Assembly: GCA_965214705.1 (NCBI GenBank) | Contig: CBDCCI010000002.1 | Span: 224,001-288,000 of the forward strand | Reading direction: 5' to 3' | Origin: Alphaproteobacteria bacterium | Lineage (GTDB): Bacteria; Pseudomonadota; Alphaproteobacteria; UBA828 | DNA: 64,000 nt | In this document: positions 17,521 through 26,554 of the stretch, in pieces | Numbering within the stretch: the first letter of the stretch is position 1 | How the letters are laid out: each line of letters starts with the position of its first letter | The notes under the pieces: model-generated | The model's database searches: none | What the model was told of the DNA's origin: nothing | Seen by the model: the letters and a program-made list of their open reading frames with translations, nothing else | Translations under genes and position numbers: made by a program

Positions 17521-20315
17521 CCGGCCTCGCGCGCCGCCTGCTGGATCTCTTCGAGGGACCGGCCGGGCTGGAGCCCTGGTCGCAGCCCGAGACCGGGGCG
17601 GCGCTGGTGGAGCTCCTGCCCTGGCGCGCCTTCGACGAGCGCGGCGAGCTCTATGTCAACGCGGGCTCGGTCGGGTTCGTCATCGAGATCCCGCCCTTTG
17701 CAGGCATCGACGCCGAGACGCTGGGCGCGCTGGCCGGCACGCTCGCCGATGCCGTGCCCGAGCGCTGCACGGTGCAGGTCATTCACTGGGCGAGCCCCCG
17801 CTTCGGCGCGGCGCTCGACGCCTGGGCCGGGCCGAGGCGGGACGCAGGCAGCGTGCAGGCCGGCATGGCGCGGCGGAGGCTTCGCCTCCTCGGAGGCGCG
17901 GGCTGGCGGGCGTTGCATCCGGGCGGGCCGCCGTTCACGCTGTCGGACTACCGGGCCTTCGTCTGCGCCTCGCTCGCGGGTCCGCCCGGTCCCGCTCCCG
18001 AGACCGCGCTCTCGGCGTTCCGCCGGGCGCTCGAAGGTACCCTGGCGTCCGCCGGTGCAACGACGCGCAGGCTCGCGCCGGACGCGCTGCTGTCGCTCGC
18101 CTCCGAGTTGACGGCGCCCACCCTCGCGCCGCTTCCGGAGCCGGGACACTCGTGCCAAAGCACGGCGACGCCGCTCCACCGCCCGCACAGGCGCTGGTCG
18201 CCGAGGGACGCGCTCCACCTGCAATGCTCCGCGCCCGGCCGCGCGCTCACTGTCGCGCCCACCGGGCTGGTGTTCCACGACGGGGAAACAGGGGACACTC
18301 GTGCGGGAGAACGCCCTGGTGCGCCCCGGTCCGCGAACCGCGGGGACACGCGTGCCGGCGACACGCGTGCCGGCGACGTCGCCGTGCGGGTGCTCAGTGC
18401 GGTGGCCTTCCCCGAGGTGTGGCCGGGCTGGCGCGGCAATGCGCTGATCGGCGACTTCCACCGCGACTTCCTCCAGCCCGGCTGCCCGGTGCTCACCTGC
18501 CTCACGGTCATGACCGGCGAGGCGGCCGACGGCGAGAGGGCTTTCCTCAAATCGGCGCGCGCCACCCAGCAGGCGGGCACCGGCATCGCGAGATACCTGC
18601 CGGGGCTGCCCGAGAAGGCAAGGGACTGGCAGCTCGTCACCGAGCGTCTCAAGGACGGAGAGCGCCTGGTCAGGGCTACGTACATGGCGGCGGTCTACGC
18701 GCCCCTCGACGCCATCGACGAGGCCGAGCAGGCGGTGCGCGCGATCTATCACGGCCAGGGCTGGCGCGTGAGCGCCGAGCGCTACGTCCAGCTTCCCTCA
18801 TGGCTTTCGTGCCTGCCGATGGTGCCGGCCGGGGGGCTCGACGCCGACCTCGCGCGCATGGGCCGGCTGAAGACCCTGCTCACCTCGTCCGCCGTCAACC
18901 TCGCGCCGGTGCACGGCGAGTGGCGCGGCCAGGGGTTCGCGCCGGACAGTCCTCCCGCGCTGTTCCTGATCGGCCGCCGCGGCCAGCCCGCCGGCTGGTC
19001 GCCCTTCGCCAACGACGCCGGCAACTACAACGTCGCCGTCACCGGCAAGTCCGGCTCCGGCAAGTCGGTGCTGATGCAGGAGCTGGTCACCGGCATCGTC
19101 GGCGCCGGCGGCGAGGCCGTGGTGATCGACGACGGCCGGTCGTTCCAGCATGCGGCGGAAGCGCTTGGCGGCGCCTTCATCGCCTTCGGCAAGGACCCGG
19201 CCTGCCTCAACCCCTTCGCCATGATCGACGCCGGGACCGCCGCCCATGACGGCGACTACCGCGAGGAATGCTTCGCCATGCTGGCCGGCGTCATCGGGCG
19301 CATGTGCCGCAGGCGCGGCTCCATCGACGACGTCGAGGCGGCGCTGATCGCGGACGCCATCGCCGCAGCCTGGGACGAGGCCGGCATCGAGGCCGATCTC
19401 GGCGCCGTGCGCCGTCACCTGCAGGCCCGCGACGACCGGCGCGCGGCCGACATGGCGACGGCCTTGGGTCCCTGGTGCCCGGGCGGCGCCATGGGACGGC
19501 TGTTCGCGGGCGCGCACACGCCGGCCCTCGATGCCGCGCTCACCGTGTTCGAGCTCGCCGAGCTCAAGGGCCGGGGCGACGTCCAGGCCGTGGTGCTGAT
19601 GCTGGTGGTCTTCCTCGCCACCCAGCGCATGTATCACGGCGAGCGCACGCGGGCGAAGGCGATCGTCATCGACGAGGCCTGGGACCTGCTCTCGGGCGAG
19701 GACAGCCGCGCCTTCCTCGAAGGCGCCGGGAGGCGGGCGCGCAAGTATCGCGGCTCGCTCGTCACGGGAACCCAGTCGGTCAACGACTACTACGCCAACC
19801 CGGCGGCGCAGGCGGCCTGGGAGAACTCGGACTGGACGATCTTCCTCGCCCAGAAGGACGAGTCGGTCGAGCTGCTCAAGCAGGAGAAGCGCATCCACTG
19901 CGACCCCGGCATGGAGCGGGCGCTGAAGAGCCTGACCACCGCGGAGGGCCGCTACGCGGAGCTGCTGCTGCACGGCCCCGACGGCTGGCGCGTCGCGCGC
20001 CTGGTGCTCGATCCCTGGTCGGTGGCGCTGTTCTCCTCGCGGGGACCCGCGTTCGCCGCCGTCGAGCGGCTCAAGGCCGAGGGGCTCTCCACCGTCGAGG
20101 CCATCGACCGGCTCGCAGGGGACACTCGTGCCGGGGACGCTCCCCTCGCGGGCGAAGACGGCATCGGCATTCCGGAGCCGCCGCCGGGCGGTGCGCCCGC
20201 CGGGGGCGAGCTTGGTCACACCGGCGACGAAACCGGCATCCCCGACGCGCCCGGCGCAGACGGCGGTGCCGATCGCGGCATTGAACATGAGGACGACAAG
20301 GGAGCAAGCGAATGA
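17517..20315 (+). CDS. traC: F-type T4SS ATPase TraC (VirB4-like)
   Basis: GNYNVAVTGKSGSGKS, VIDDGRS, IDEAWDLL, RRARKYRGS, TQSVND; GTGA overlap with traV. Confidence 0.95.
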   Translation: MTGLARRLLDLFEGPAGLEPWSQPETGAALVELLPWRAFDERGELYVNAGSVGFVIEIPPFAGIDAETLGALAGTLADAVPERCTVQVIHWASPRFGAALDAWAGPRRDAGSVQAGMARRRLRLLGGAGWRALHPGGPPFTLSDYRAFVCASLAGPPGPAPETALSAFRRALEGTLASAGATTRRLAPDALLSLASELTAPTLAPLPEPGHSCQSTATPLHRPHRRWSPRDALHLQCSAPGRALTVAPTGLVFHDGETGDTRAGERPGAPRSANRGDTRAGDTRAGDVAVRVLSAVAFPEVWPGWRGNALIGDFHRDFLQPGCPVLTCLTVMTGEAADGERAFLKSARATQQAGTGIARYLPGLPEKARDWQLVTERLKDGERLVRATYMAAVYAPLDAIDEAEQAVRAIYHGQGWRVSAERYVQLPSWLSCLPMVPAGGLDADLARMGRLKTLLTSSAVNLAPVHGEWRGQGFAPDSPPALFLIGRRGQPAGWSPFANDAGNYNVAVTGKSGSGKSVLMQELVTGIVGAGGEAVVIDDGRSFQHAAEALGGAFIAFGKDPACLNPFAMIDAGTAAHDGDYREECFAMLAGVIGRMCRRRGSIDDVEAALIADAIAAAWDEAGIEADLGAVRRHLQARDDRRAADMATALGPWCPGGAMGRLFAGAHTPALDAALTVFELAELKGRGDVQAVVLMLVVFLATQRMYHGERTRAKAIVIDEAWDLLSGEDSRAFLEGAGRRARKYRGSLVTGTQSVNDYYANPAAQAAWENSDWTIFLAQKDESVELLKQEKRIHCDPGMERALKSLTTAEGRYAELLLHGPDGWRVARLVLDPWSVALFSSRGPAFAAVERLKAEGLSTVEAIDRLAGDTRAGDAPLAGEDGIGIPEPPPGGAPAGGELGHTGDETGIPDAPGADGGADRGIEHEDDKGASE
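18294..18374 (+). repeat. Intragenic 15-bp motif, 1+2 copies (traC linker)
   Basis: GACACTCGTGCGGGA at 18294; GACACGCGTGCCGGC at 18345 and 18360. Confidence 0.85.
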
Positions 20316-21028
20316 ACGCACGAACCGGGGAAGACCGGCGGGAGACCGCCGCTGCGGCCGGAGTTGCCGGCGGGCGCCTCGCCTGGCCGGGCGATCCGGA
20401 AGGGATCGCGGCCGCCGACATCGACTTCGAGGCGCTGGCGCACGTGCTGGCCAACACCTGCCGCTTCGGCGGGCGCACCCGGCAGTACCACTCGCTGGCG
20501 GCGCATGCGGTCATCGCGAGCGAGGAGGTCGAGGCGCTCGACGGCCTCGGCGAGGAAGACCGGCGAAATCTCGCGATCCACGCGCTGATCGCGGACGCGC
20601 CGTCGGCCTGGCTGCGGGGCGATCCTTCTTCCTCTCAGCGGGCGGCGAAGCTCGCCGCCGGCATCGAGCGCGCGGTGCGCGAGGCGGCGGGGCTCGATGC
20701 CGTGCTCGGCGACGAGCAGGCGGAACTGCTTCGGTTCGTGTTCCGCATGACCGCCGCGGCCGAACGCCGCGACCTCGCGGACGCCGATGCCGGCGCCGGC
20801 GCCGCGTTCCCGCCGCTGAGAAGGCGCATCCGCGCCGTGGGTCCCGGCCGGGCCGCGAGGCTCTGGCTCGCCCGCTTCCGGGCGCTGACGGGGCCCCGGC
20901 ACGAGTGTCCGTCTGGAGACGCGGGCGCCGCTACCGCAGACACGACCAGCGAGGAGACTCGAGATGGCGCGCACATGCAGGCGAAGGAGGGGGAGACGAA
21001 CCGTGGCGAGATCAGGCAAGCGGCGTGA
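20312..21028 (+). CDS. YfbR-like HD-superfamily protein with degenerate HD motif
   Basis: IDFEALAHVLANTCRFGGRT..YHSLAAH; expected ALLHDA..AY.GD reads ALIADAPSAWLRGD. Confidence 0.7.
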   Translation: MNARTGEDRRETAAAAGVAGGRLAWPGDPEGIAAADIDFEALAHVLANTCRFGGRTRQYHSLAAHAVIASEEVEALDGLGEEDRRNLAIHALIADAPSAWLRGDPSSSQRAAKLAAGIERAVREAAGLDAVLGDEQAELLRFVFRMTAAAERRDLADADAGAGAAFPPLRRRIRAVGPGRAARLWLARFRALTGPRHECPSGDAGAATADTTSEETRDGAHMQAKEGETNRGEIRQAA

Positions 21029-21263
21029 ACGGCGCCGCGGCGGCATTCCGCCCGGAATCAGGGTCGTGCGCGATGCCGAGGAGATGTTCCGCGCGGCGAT
21101 CCTGGCTGGCGTGCTATCCGCCGAGCGTTCCAACCGGAGCTGGGCCGGGCACTACCTCTACATGTTCCATGACGAGGACGGAACCGCCTGGTTCAAGCAC
21201 CGCGACACCCGCGCCTACGTGTCGATGACGGCGCGGCAGCGCGCGGCGGGACACGGGTGGTGA
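20964..21263 (+). CDS. Small hypothetical protein in tra operon (start uncertain)
   Basis: Protein-like core RDAEEMFRAAILAGVLS..YLYMFHDEDGTAWFKHRDTR; stop overlaps trbI start. Confidence 0.5.
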   Translation: MARTCRRRRGRRTVARSGKRRERRRGGIPPGIRVVRDAEEMFRAAILAGVLSAERSNRSWAGHYLYMFHDEDGTAWFKHRDTRAYVSMTARQRAAGHGW

Positions 21264-21628
21264 GCGAGGTCCGGGTGGTCCTCTCCGCCATGCTGCTCGC
21301 CGCCGGCGTTGCCGCGGCGGTCGCGGCCGGCGCGGTGCGCCTGTCCGTGGACGAAGGACCGCGTATCGCGAGCGTGCGGCTCGGTGAACTCGCTGCGGAG
21401 CACGCTGCCGATGCAGCACGCGCGGATTCGACTGCGGAAGAGACCGCCGCAACCGCCCGCGCATGGGCGCTCGCGCTTGAGGATGCGCTCGGCGCGGTGG
21501 CCGCACGAAACGGAGCGGTGCTGCTGCCGGTCCGCGCCGTCGCCGCCGGGGCCCCCGATCTAACGGAGGAGATCCGGCTTGCGCTTGAGGACAGACTGGG
21601 GCGCCCCGGTTCGGAGCCGCGGCCATGA
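21257..21628 (+). CDS. trbI: F-type TrbI-like protein
   Basis: N-terminal TM, AVLLPVRAVAAGAPDLTEEI; position after traC. Confidence 0.75.
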   Translation: MVSEVRVVLSAMLLAAGVAAAVAAGAVRLSVDEGPRIASVRLGELAAEHAADAARADSTAEETAATARAWALALEDALGAVAARNGAVLLPVRAVAAGAPDLTEEIRLALEDRLGRPGSEPRP

Positions 21629-22224
21629 CGGCACCGGCGACGTTCCCCGGCGCGCGGCGCCGCGGCGGCAAGCGGGCCTGGGCCGGGCTCGCGTTCATGG
21701 CGGCGCTGGCCGCGCTGTGGCTCGCGGCGGCCTCGCGGGTGCACGTCAACACGAGCTGGTCGGACGACGCCTGGGGCTACCTGGTGCTGCCTGTCGGCGA
21801 GCCCGCCATCGGCGACACGGTGCTGTTCGAGCCGCGCCCGGATCGGGGTCCGGGCCAGGCGGCGGCGCTGGGCGTGAAGACGCCCTACCTCAAGACCGTT
21901 CGCGGATTGCCGGGCGATGTCGTGACCGTGGACGACGATCGCACCGTGCGCCTCGACGGTGCGCCTGTCGCGCGCGCGAAGAGCCACGCTCTCGACGGGC
22001 GGCCGCTCGAGGCGATCCGGCCGAGCCTCATTCCCGAGGGACACTATTACGTCCACGGCGATCACGCCGACAGCCACGACAGCCGCTACGCGGAGATCGG
22101 GCTGGTGCCGCGCGAGCGTATCCTCGGCCGGGCGATCGCCATGCCGGATCTGCCCTGGCTCGGCCTCGAAGGCCCCCTGGTGGGGCCGGACGATATCGGG
22201 CGCACGGCAGAGACGCGGCGATGA
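21625..22224 (+). CDS. S26 conjugal-transfer peptidase (TrhF-like)
   Basis: VNTSWS, YLKTVRGLPGD, GDHADSHDSRYAEIGLV. Confidence 0.87.
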   Translation: MTAPATFPGARRRGGKRAWAGLAFMAALAALWLAAASRVHVNTSWSDDAWGYLVLPVGEPAIGDTVLFEPRPDRGPGQAAALGVKTPYLKTVRGLPGDVVTVDDDRTVRLDGAPVARAKSHALDGRPLEAIRPSLIPEGHYYVHGDHADSHDSRYAEIGLVPRERILGRAIAMPDLPWLGLEGPLVGPDDIGRTAETRR

Positions 22225-22832
22225 TGCGCGTCCCGCCGCTGCCCTTCCGGTCCGTCGCGGCCGTCTTGATGCCGGCATCTCTCGTGCTGGCGCTGCTGGC
22301 GGCCCAGGCGTCCGCGAAGGACCTCGGCGTGCGCGGCGCCAACTGGGCGGTTGCCGAACCGGACCTGCTGGCGCAGATCGAGGCGCGGCTGACGGAATTG
22401 CAGCGCTCGGGCACGCTGGCGCGGCGCTCGTGGACCTTCGACCCCTCGATCACGGTGGCGCGCGACATCCAGGCGCATGACGGCACGTTGATCGCCGCCG
22501 CCGGGAGCCGCATCGACCCCTTCCGCCACGCGCCGCTGACGCGCGGTCTTCTCTTCATCGACGGCCGGCGCGACGCCGAAATCGCCTGGGCGCTCGCGCA
22601 CGGCAGGCCTTCCAAGATCGTCCTGCTGGCGGGCCGTCCCCTGGAGCTGGCACGGCGTCATGGTCGGCCGTTCTTCTTCGATCAGGGCGGGCGGCTTGCC
22701 GCCCGGCTGGGGCTTCGCTTCACGCCTTCGCTGGTAAGGCGCGACGGTGCGCATCTGCGCATCACGGAAATCCCGCTCGACGAATTCGGGCGCGACTCCT
22801 CGAACGGCGATCAAGGGGTTCCGGCGCGATGA
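22221..22832 (+). CDS. traW: F-type TraW (possibly with in-frame internal deletion)
   Basis: AKDLGVRGANWAVAEPDLL, FDPSITV, LLFIDG, FFFDQGG, TPSLV. Confidence 0.88.
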   Translation: MMRVPPLPFRSVAAVLMPASLVLALLAAQASAKDLGVRGANWAVAEPDLLAQIEARLTELQRSGTLARRSWTFDPSITVARDIQAHDGTLIAAAGSRIDPFRHAPLTRGLLFIDGRRDAEIAWALAHGRPSKIVLLAGRPLELARRHGRPFFFDQGGRLAARLGLRFTPSLVRRDGAHLRITEIPLDEFGRDSSNGDQGVPAR

Positions 22833-23830
22833 AGTCCCTCCGTCTCCTCCTGCTGGCACTCGGACTTCTGATCCTCCTGCCGGCCGGGCATGTGATGGCA
22901 CAGACCTGCACCGGGCGGTTCGTGAACCCGATCACGGACGTCTGCTGGGAGTGCCTGTTCCCGATCTCGATCGGCCCGGTCCGGATCGGCAGCGCCTCCG
23001 GCGCGCCGGACACGCCCAACCCGTCCTCGCCGATCTGCCTCTGCGGCTCGCCCATCCCCCGCATCGGGCTCTCGCTCGGGGTGTAGGAGCCGGCGCGGCT
23101 GGTGGACGTGACCCGGGTTCCCTGGTGCTTTCCCAACCTGGGCGGCCTCACCATCGATCCGGGGCTCCCCGCCGCGCGCGGGCGCACCGGGTCGTCGGGC
23201 GGCGACGGCGCCGCGGGCTCGGTTTGGCACGCACATTATTATGTGTATCCGCTGCTCTCCTGGATCGGGGCGCTGCTCGACCTCGGCTGCCTCGAAGGCG
23301 GCGGCCTGGATATCGCGTGGACCTCGGAGCTCGACCCCTCCTGGCTCGACGACGAGCTCTCGTTCCTGCTCAACCCGGAGGCGGCGCTGTTCGCCAACCT
23401 GCCGGCGCAGGCGGCGTGCGCCGCCGATTGCGCCGCGGCCTCCGCCGGCCTGCCGCAGGACGCACTGTTCTGGTGCGCCGGCTGCCAGGGCGGCATGTAT
23501 CCGCTCACCGGCAACGTCGCCGCCCATGTCGGCGGGGTGCAGGCGTCGCTGCTGGCGGCCCAGCGGCTGGTCTACCGCCTGCACCGCGCCGGGCTCGCCT
23601 GGGGCACCTCCGGGTCCGCCGCGCTCTGCGGGCGCTACCCCATGCCGATCATGAAGAAGAGCCAGTACCGCTGGCAGATGACCCAGCCGGTGCCGGCGAC
23701 GACGCCCGCGACTGGCTGCAACCCGACGGGGCGCTCCTCGGTGCTCTGGGAATCGCTCCGCGAACTGCCCGTCTCGGGCGAGAGCTTCGGCTACCTGCTG
23801 TGGAGGAAACGCACATGCTGCATCTTGTAG
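22829..23830 (+). pseudogene. traU: TraU with in-frame amber stop at 23084-23086
   Basis: CTGRFVNPITDVCWECLFPI ... LGV*EPARLVDV (TAG where TGG/Trp is expected) ... FWCAGCQG, WRKRTCC, all in one frame. Confidence 0.92.
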
Positions 23831-24600
23831 GAAGCCTCGGACAGCGTACTGGAGTTCTCGCCCGAGACGGTCTCGCCGGACTGCTGGTGCTGGCGTTGTG
23901 TGCCGGGCCGGCGTTCGGCGAACAACCCTCGCCGGAATCGCAGGCCCGGGCACTGGCCGACGAGGTTCTGCACAAGGCGGGCGAGGCCGGTCCGCAGGGC
24001 CTGGGCGAGTGGACGCGCTCGGTGATCGGCCGCGCCCTGGAGCGGGCCGGCGATGCCGCCACGGGCACCGCCGGGCGTGCCGGTCCGGCAACCCCCGCGG
24101 AAACCCGCCCCGCTCCGCTTCCGGCCGAGAGACACGCGGCGTCCGTGAAGGCGGGACTCTCCGATCGCGGCGGAAGCACCGCCGAAATTGTCGTCTTCAT
24201 GAGTCTTTCGGTGCCGGCGCCGAGCTGGCGCGAATGGGCGCGCGAGGCGGCGGCGATCGGTGCGCCGCTGGTGCTGCGCGGGGTCGGCGAAGGCGGATTG
24301 CGGCAGACCGTGAAGGCGGTCGGCGAACGGCTTGGCGGGGCGGAGGCGGGCGTCGCCGTCGACCCGCGCCTGTTCCGCCTGTTCGGGATCGACCGTGTGC
24401 CGGCGGTGGTCGTCGCGCCCGGCGGGATTGCCGGCTGCGCGAGCCGGGGCGGCGCGGACGACCCCGCGCCGCCGCACGACATGGTGACCGGAAACATCGG
24501 CCTCGCCGCCGCGCTGGAGGCGATCGCGGCGGAGGGCGAAGCGGCACGCGAAGTCGCTCGCGCCCGGCTCGAACGCCTCGGAGGGGGGCAACGACCATGA
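23815..24600 (+). CDS. trbC: F-type pilus assembly TrbC
   Basis: VFMSLSVP, LVLRG, VDPRLFRLFGIDRVPAVV, DMVTGNI; start uncertain. Confidence 0.87.
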   Translation: MLHLVGSLGQRTGVLARDGLAGLLVLALCAGPAFGEQPSPESQARALADEVLHKAGEAGPQGLGEWTRSVIGRALERAGDAATGTAGRAGPATPAETRPAPLPAERHAASVKAGLSDRGGSTAEIVVFMSLSVPAPSWREWAREAAAIGAPLVLRGVGEGGLRQTVKAVGERLGGAEAGVAVDPRLFRLFGIDRVPAVVVAPGGIAGCASRGGADDPAPPHDMVTGNIGLAAALEAIAAEGEAAREVARARLERLGGGQRP

Positions 24601-25742
24601 CCGTGCAACCCGAAACGCCCATGGGCCGGATCGATGTTCTCATCGACCGCGCCGCGCGGGTCGCGCGGCTGCTGGCCTGGCTCGCCATGTTCGCGCTCGT
24701 CTGCCTGATGCTGTGGGTAGTGTCGGGCATGGCCGCGCGCGCGGAGGACCCTAAGGCGGCCGCGAGGGAAATCGGCCGGACGGGAGCCGCAACGGCGGGG
24801 GCGATCGCGCGGGATGCGGCGAGCACCGCGAAGGTGCCGGGCTATGCGGGCACCAACGTGCCGGAACGCGGCCTCACCGCGGGGATGATGGAGGACGCGG
24901 CGCGGGCGCGCCTCGCCGATCCCGACGATCCCGGCGGCGATGCGGGGCGCACGGTGATCCAGGGGACGGCGTCGCGCCCGGCGGCGAGCGTGCCGGCGGG
25001 CGATCCCGTCGTCGAGCGCTCGGAAGGTATAGCGGCTTCGCCGCAATCGCCCGCTCACCGCGCGGACGGCCTCGCTTCGGGTGGCGTGGCGGACTGCAAT
25101 GCCGGTGTCGGAGACGCCAATACGGGCGGCTCCTGCGGTCGGGCGACGTATTGCGTCGGCGCCGGCTGCGAGACCGTGCAACCGCAATCCAACACCGGCT
25201 TCGTGAACGCGGCGACGCGGCTGAACATGGCGGTCGAGCTCGGCGGCGACGAGTTCGACCGCGGCGACATGCGCTTCTTCACCGGCAAGCGGCGGGCCTG
25301 CACCATCCGCCTGTTCGGCCTCGCCAACTGCTGCACCAACTCGGGCGCGCTGATCGGCATTGCGGGGTGCTCGCGCGAGGAATACGAGCTGGCGAAGGAG
25401 CGCCACGGCGGCAACACCCACTATCTCGGAAGGTACTGCGCGAAGAGGACCCTGTTCGGCATCTGCATCCGCCGGGCGCGGGCGTGGTGCGTGTTCGGCT
25501 CGAAGCTCGGGCGCATCCTGCAGCAGCAGGGCCGCGCCCAGCTCGGCATCGGCTGGGGGAGCTGCCGGGGCCTCACGGTGGCGGAGGTCGAGCGCATCGA
25601 CTTCGACCGCCTCGATCTCTCGGAGTTCACCGAGAACCTGATGGACGGGTCGATGGATCCCTCGGTCTCTCTGCCGGACGGCGGCGACACGAAGGCGACG
25701 ATGCGCACGCGCATCCGCGATTTCTACACGCGGGGCCAGTGA
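24597..25742 (+). CDS. traN: Mating-pair stabilisation TraN (short form)
   Basis: Cys-rich C-terminus: FFTGKRRAC, NCC, HYLGRYC, CVFGSKLGRILQQQGRAQLG, CRGLT, IDFDRLDLSEF. Confidence 0.9.
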   Translation: MTVQPETPMGRIDVLIDRAARVARLLAWLAMFALVCLMLWVVSGMAARAEDPKAAAREIGRTGAATAGAIARDAASTAKVPGYAGTNVPERGLTAGMMEDAARARLADPDDPGGDAGRTVIQGTASRPAASVPAGDPVVERSEGIAASPQSPAHRADGLASGGVADCNAGVGDANTGGSCGRATYCVGAGCETVQPQSNTGFVNAATRLNMAVELGGDEFDRGDMRFFTGKRRACTIRLFGLANCCTNSGALIGIAGCSREEYELAKERHGGNTHYLGRYCAKRTLFGICIRRARAWCVFGSKLGRILQQQGRAQLGIGWGSCRGLTVAEVERIDFDRLDLSEFTENLMDGSMDPSVSLPDGGDTKATMRTRIRDFYTRGQ

Positions 25743-26554
25743 TGGCGCCCTTCCTGAAATACGCCATTGCAGCCATGGGCGTGGCGCTGCCGCTCTTCGC
25801 CCCGGTGTCGATTGCGGCGGAATGGCGATCCTGGTGCGGCGAGCGGGGCGAGACCCCGTCGCTCGGCTGGCACTTCTACTGCGACCGCGAGGAAGACGCG
25901 CAGGAGGCGCAACCCGCCCCATTGCCCCCTTCCGGCAGTGCGGATCGGTCCGCGACCGGGCGCATCGAAGAGATGCGCAAGGCGCTGGAAGAGGCCAGGG
26001 CCGCCGCGATCCTCGATCCCACGACGGAGAACGTGACGGCCTATCTGCGCCTCCAGCAGGAAACATTGCAGCGGGCCGCCGCCTTCTCGGACGCCTTCCG
26101 GCGCACGGTCTGGGCGACGCCGGAGCTCGACTACACGCTGACGCGGCCCGTGGGCGCGCTCGCGAAGCGGCTCTGGTCCGACGGGCGCCGCGACGAGGTC
26201 GCGGACGCCCTGGCAACTCTCGGGGAGCGCTACGGGCTGATCTATCTGGGCCATCCGGACTGCGGCGGGTGCCGGGTGTTCGGACCGCTGCTGCGCGCCT
26301 TCGCCGTGCGCCACGGGCTCGACGTGCTGGCCGTGTCGATGACCGGCGGGCCGCTCGAAGGCTGGCCCGAGGCGGTGCCGGATGGCGGACGGGCCGCCAG
26401 GCTAGGACTGGCCGGCTCACCGCTCCCCGCCGTCGCGTTGTTCGACACGGAAACGAAGAAGGTGCTGCCGGTCGGCTTCGGCGTGCTCGCCGAGGATCAG
26501 CTCGCGGAGCGCATCTTCGTGCTGACGCAACTGGAGCCCGGTCATGATTACTGA
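25742..26554 (+). CDS. traF: F-type TraF (thioredoxin-like)
   Basis: GWHFYC, AILDPTTENVTAY, PELDY, CGGC. Confidence 0.9.
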   Translation: MAPFLKYAIAAMGVALPLFAPVSIAAEWRSWCGERGETPSLGWHFYCDREEDAQEAQPAPLPPSGSADRSATGRIEEMRKALEEARAAAILDPTTENVTAYLRLQQETLQRAAAFSDAFRRTVWATPELDYTLTRPVGALAKRLWSDGRRDEVADALATLGERYGLIYLGHPDCGGCRVFGPLLRAFAVRHGLDVLAVSMTGGPLEGWPEAVPDGGRAARLGLAGSPLPAVALFDTETKKVLPVGFGVLAEDQLAERIFVLTQLEPGHDY

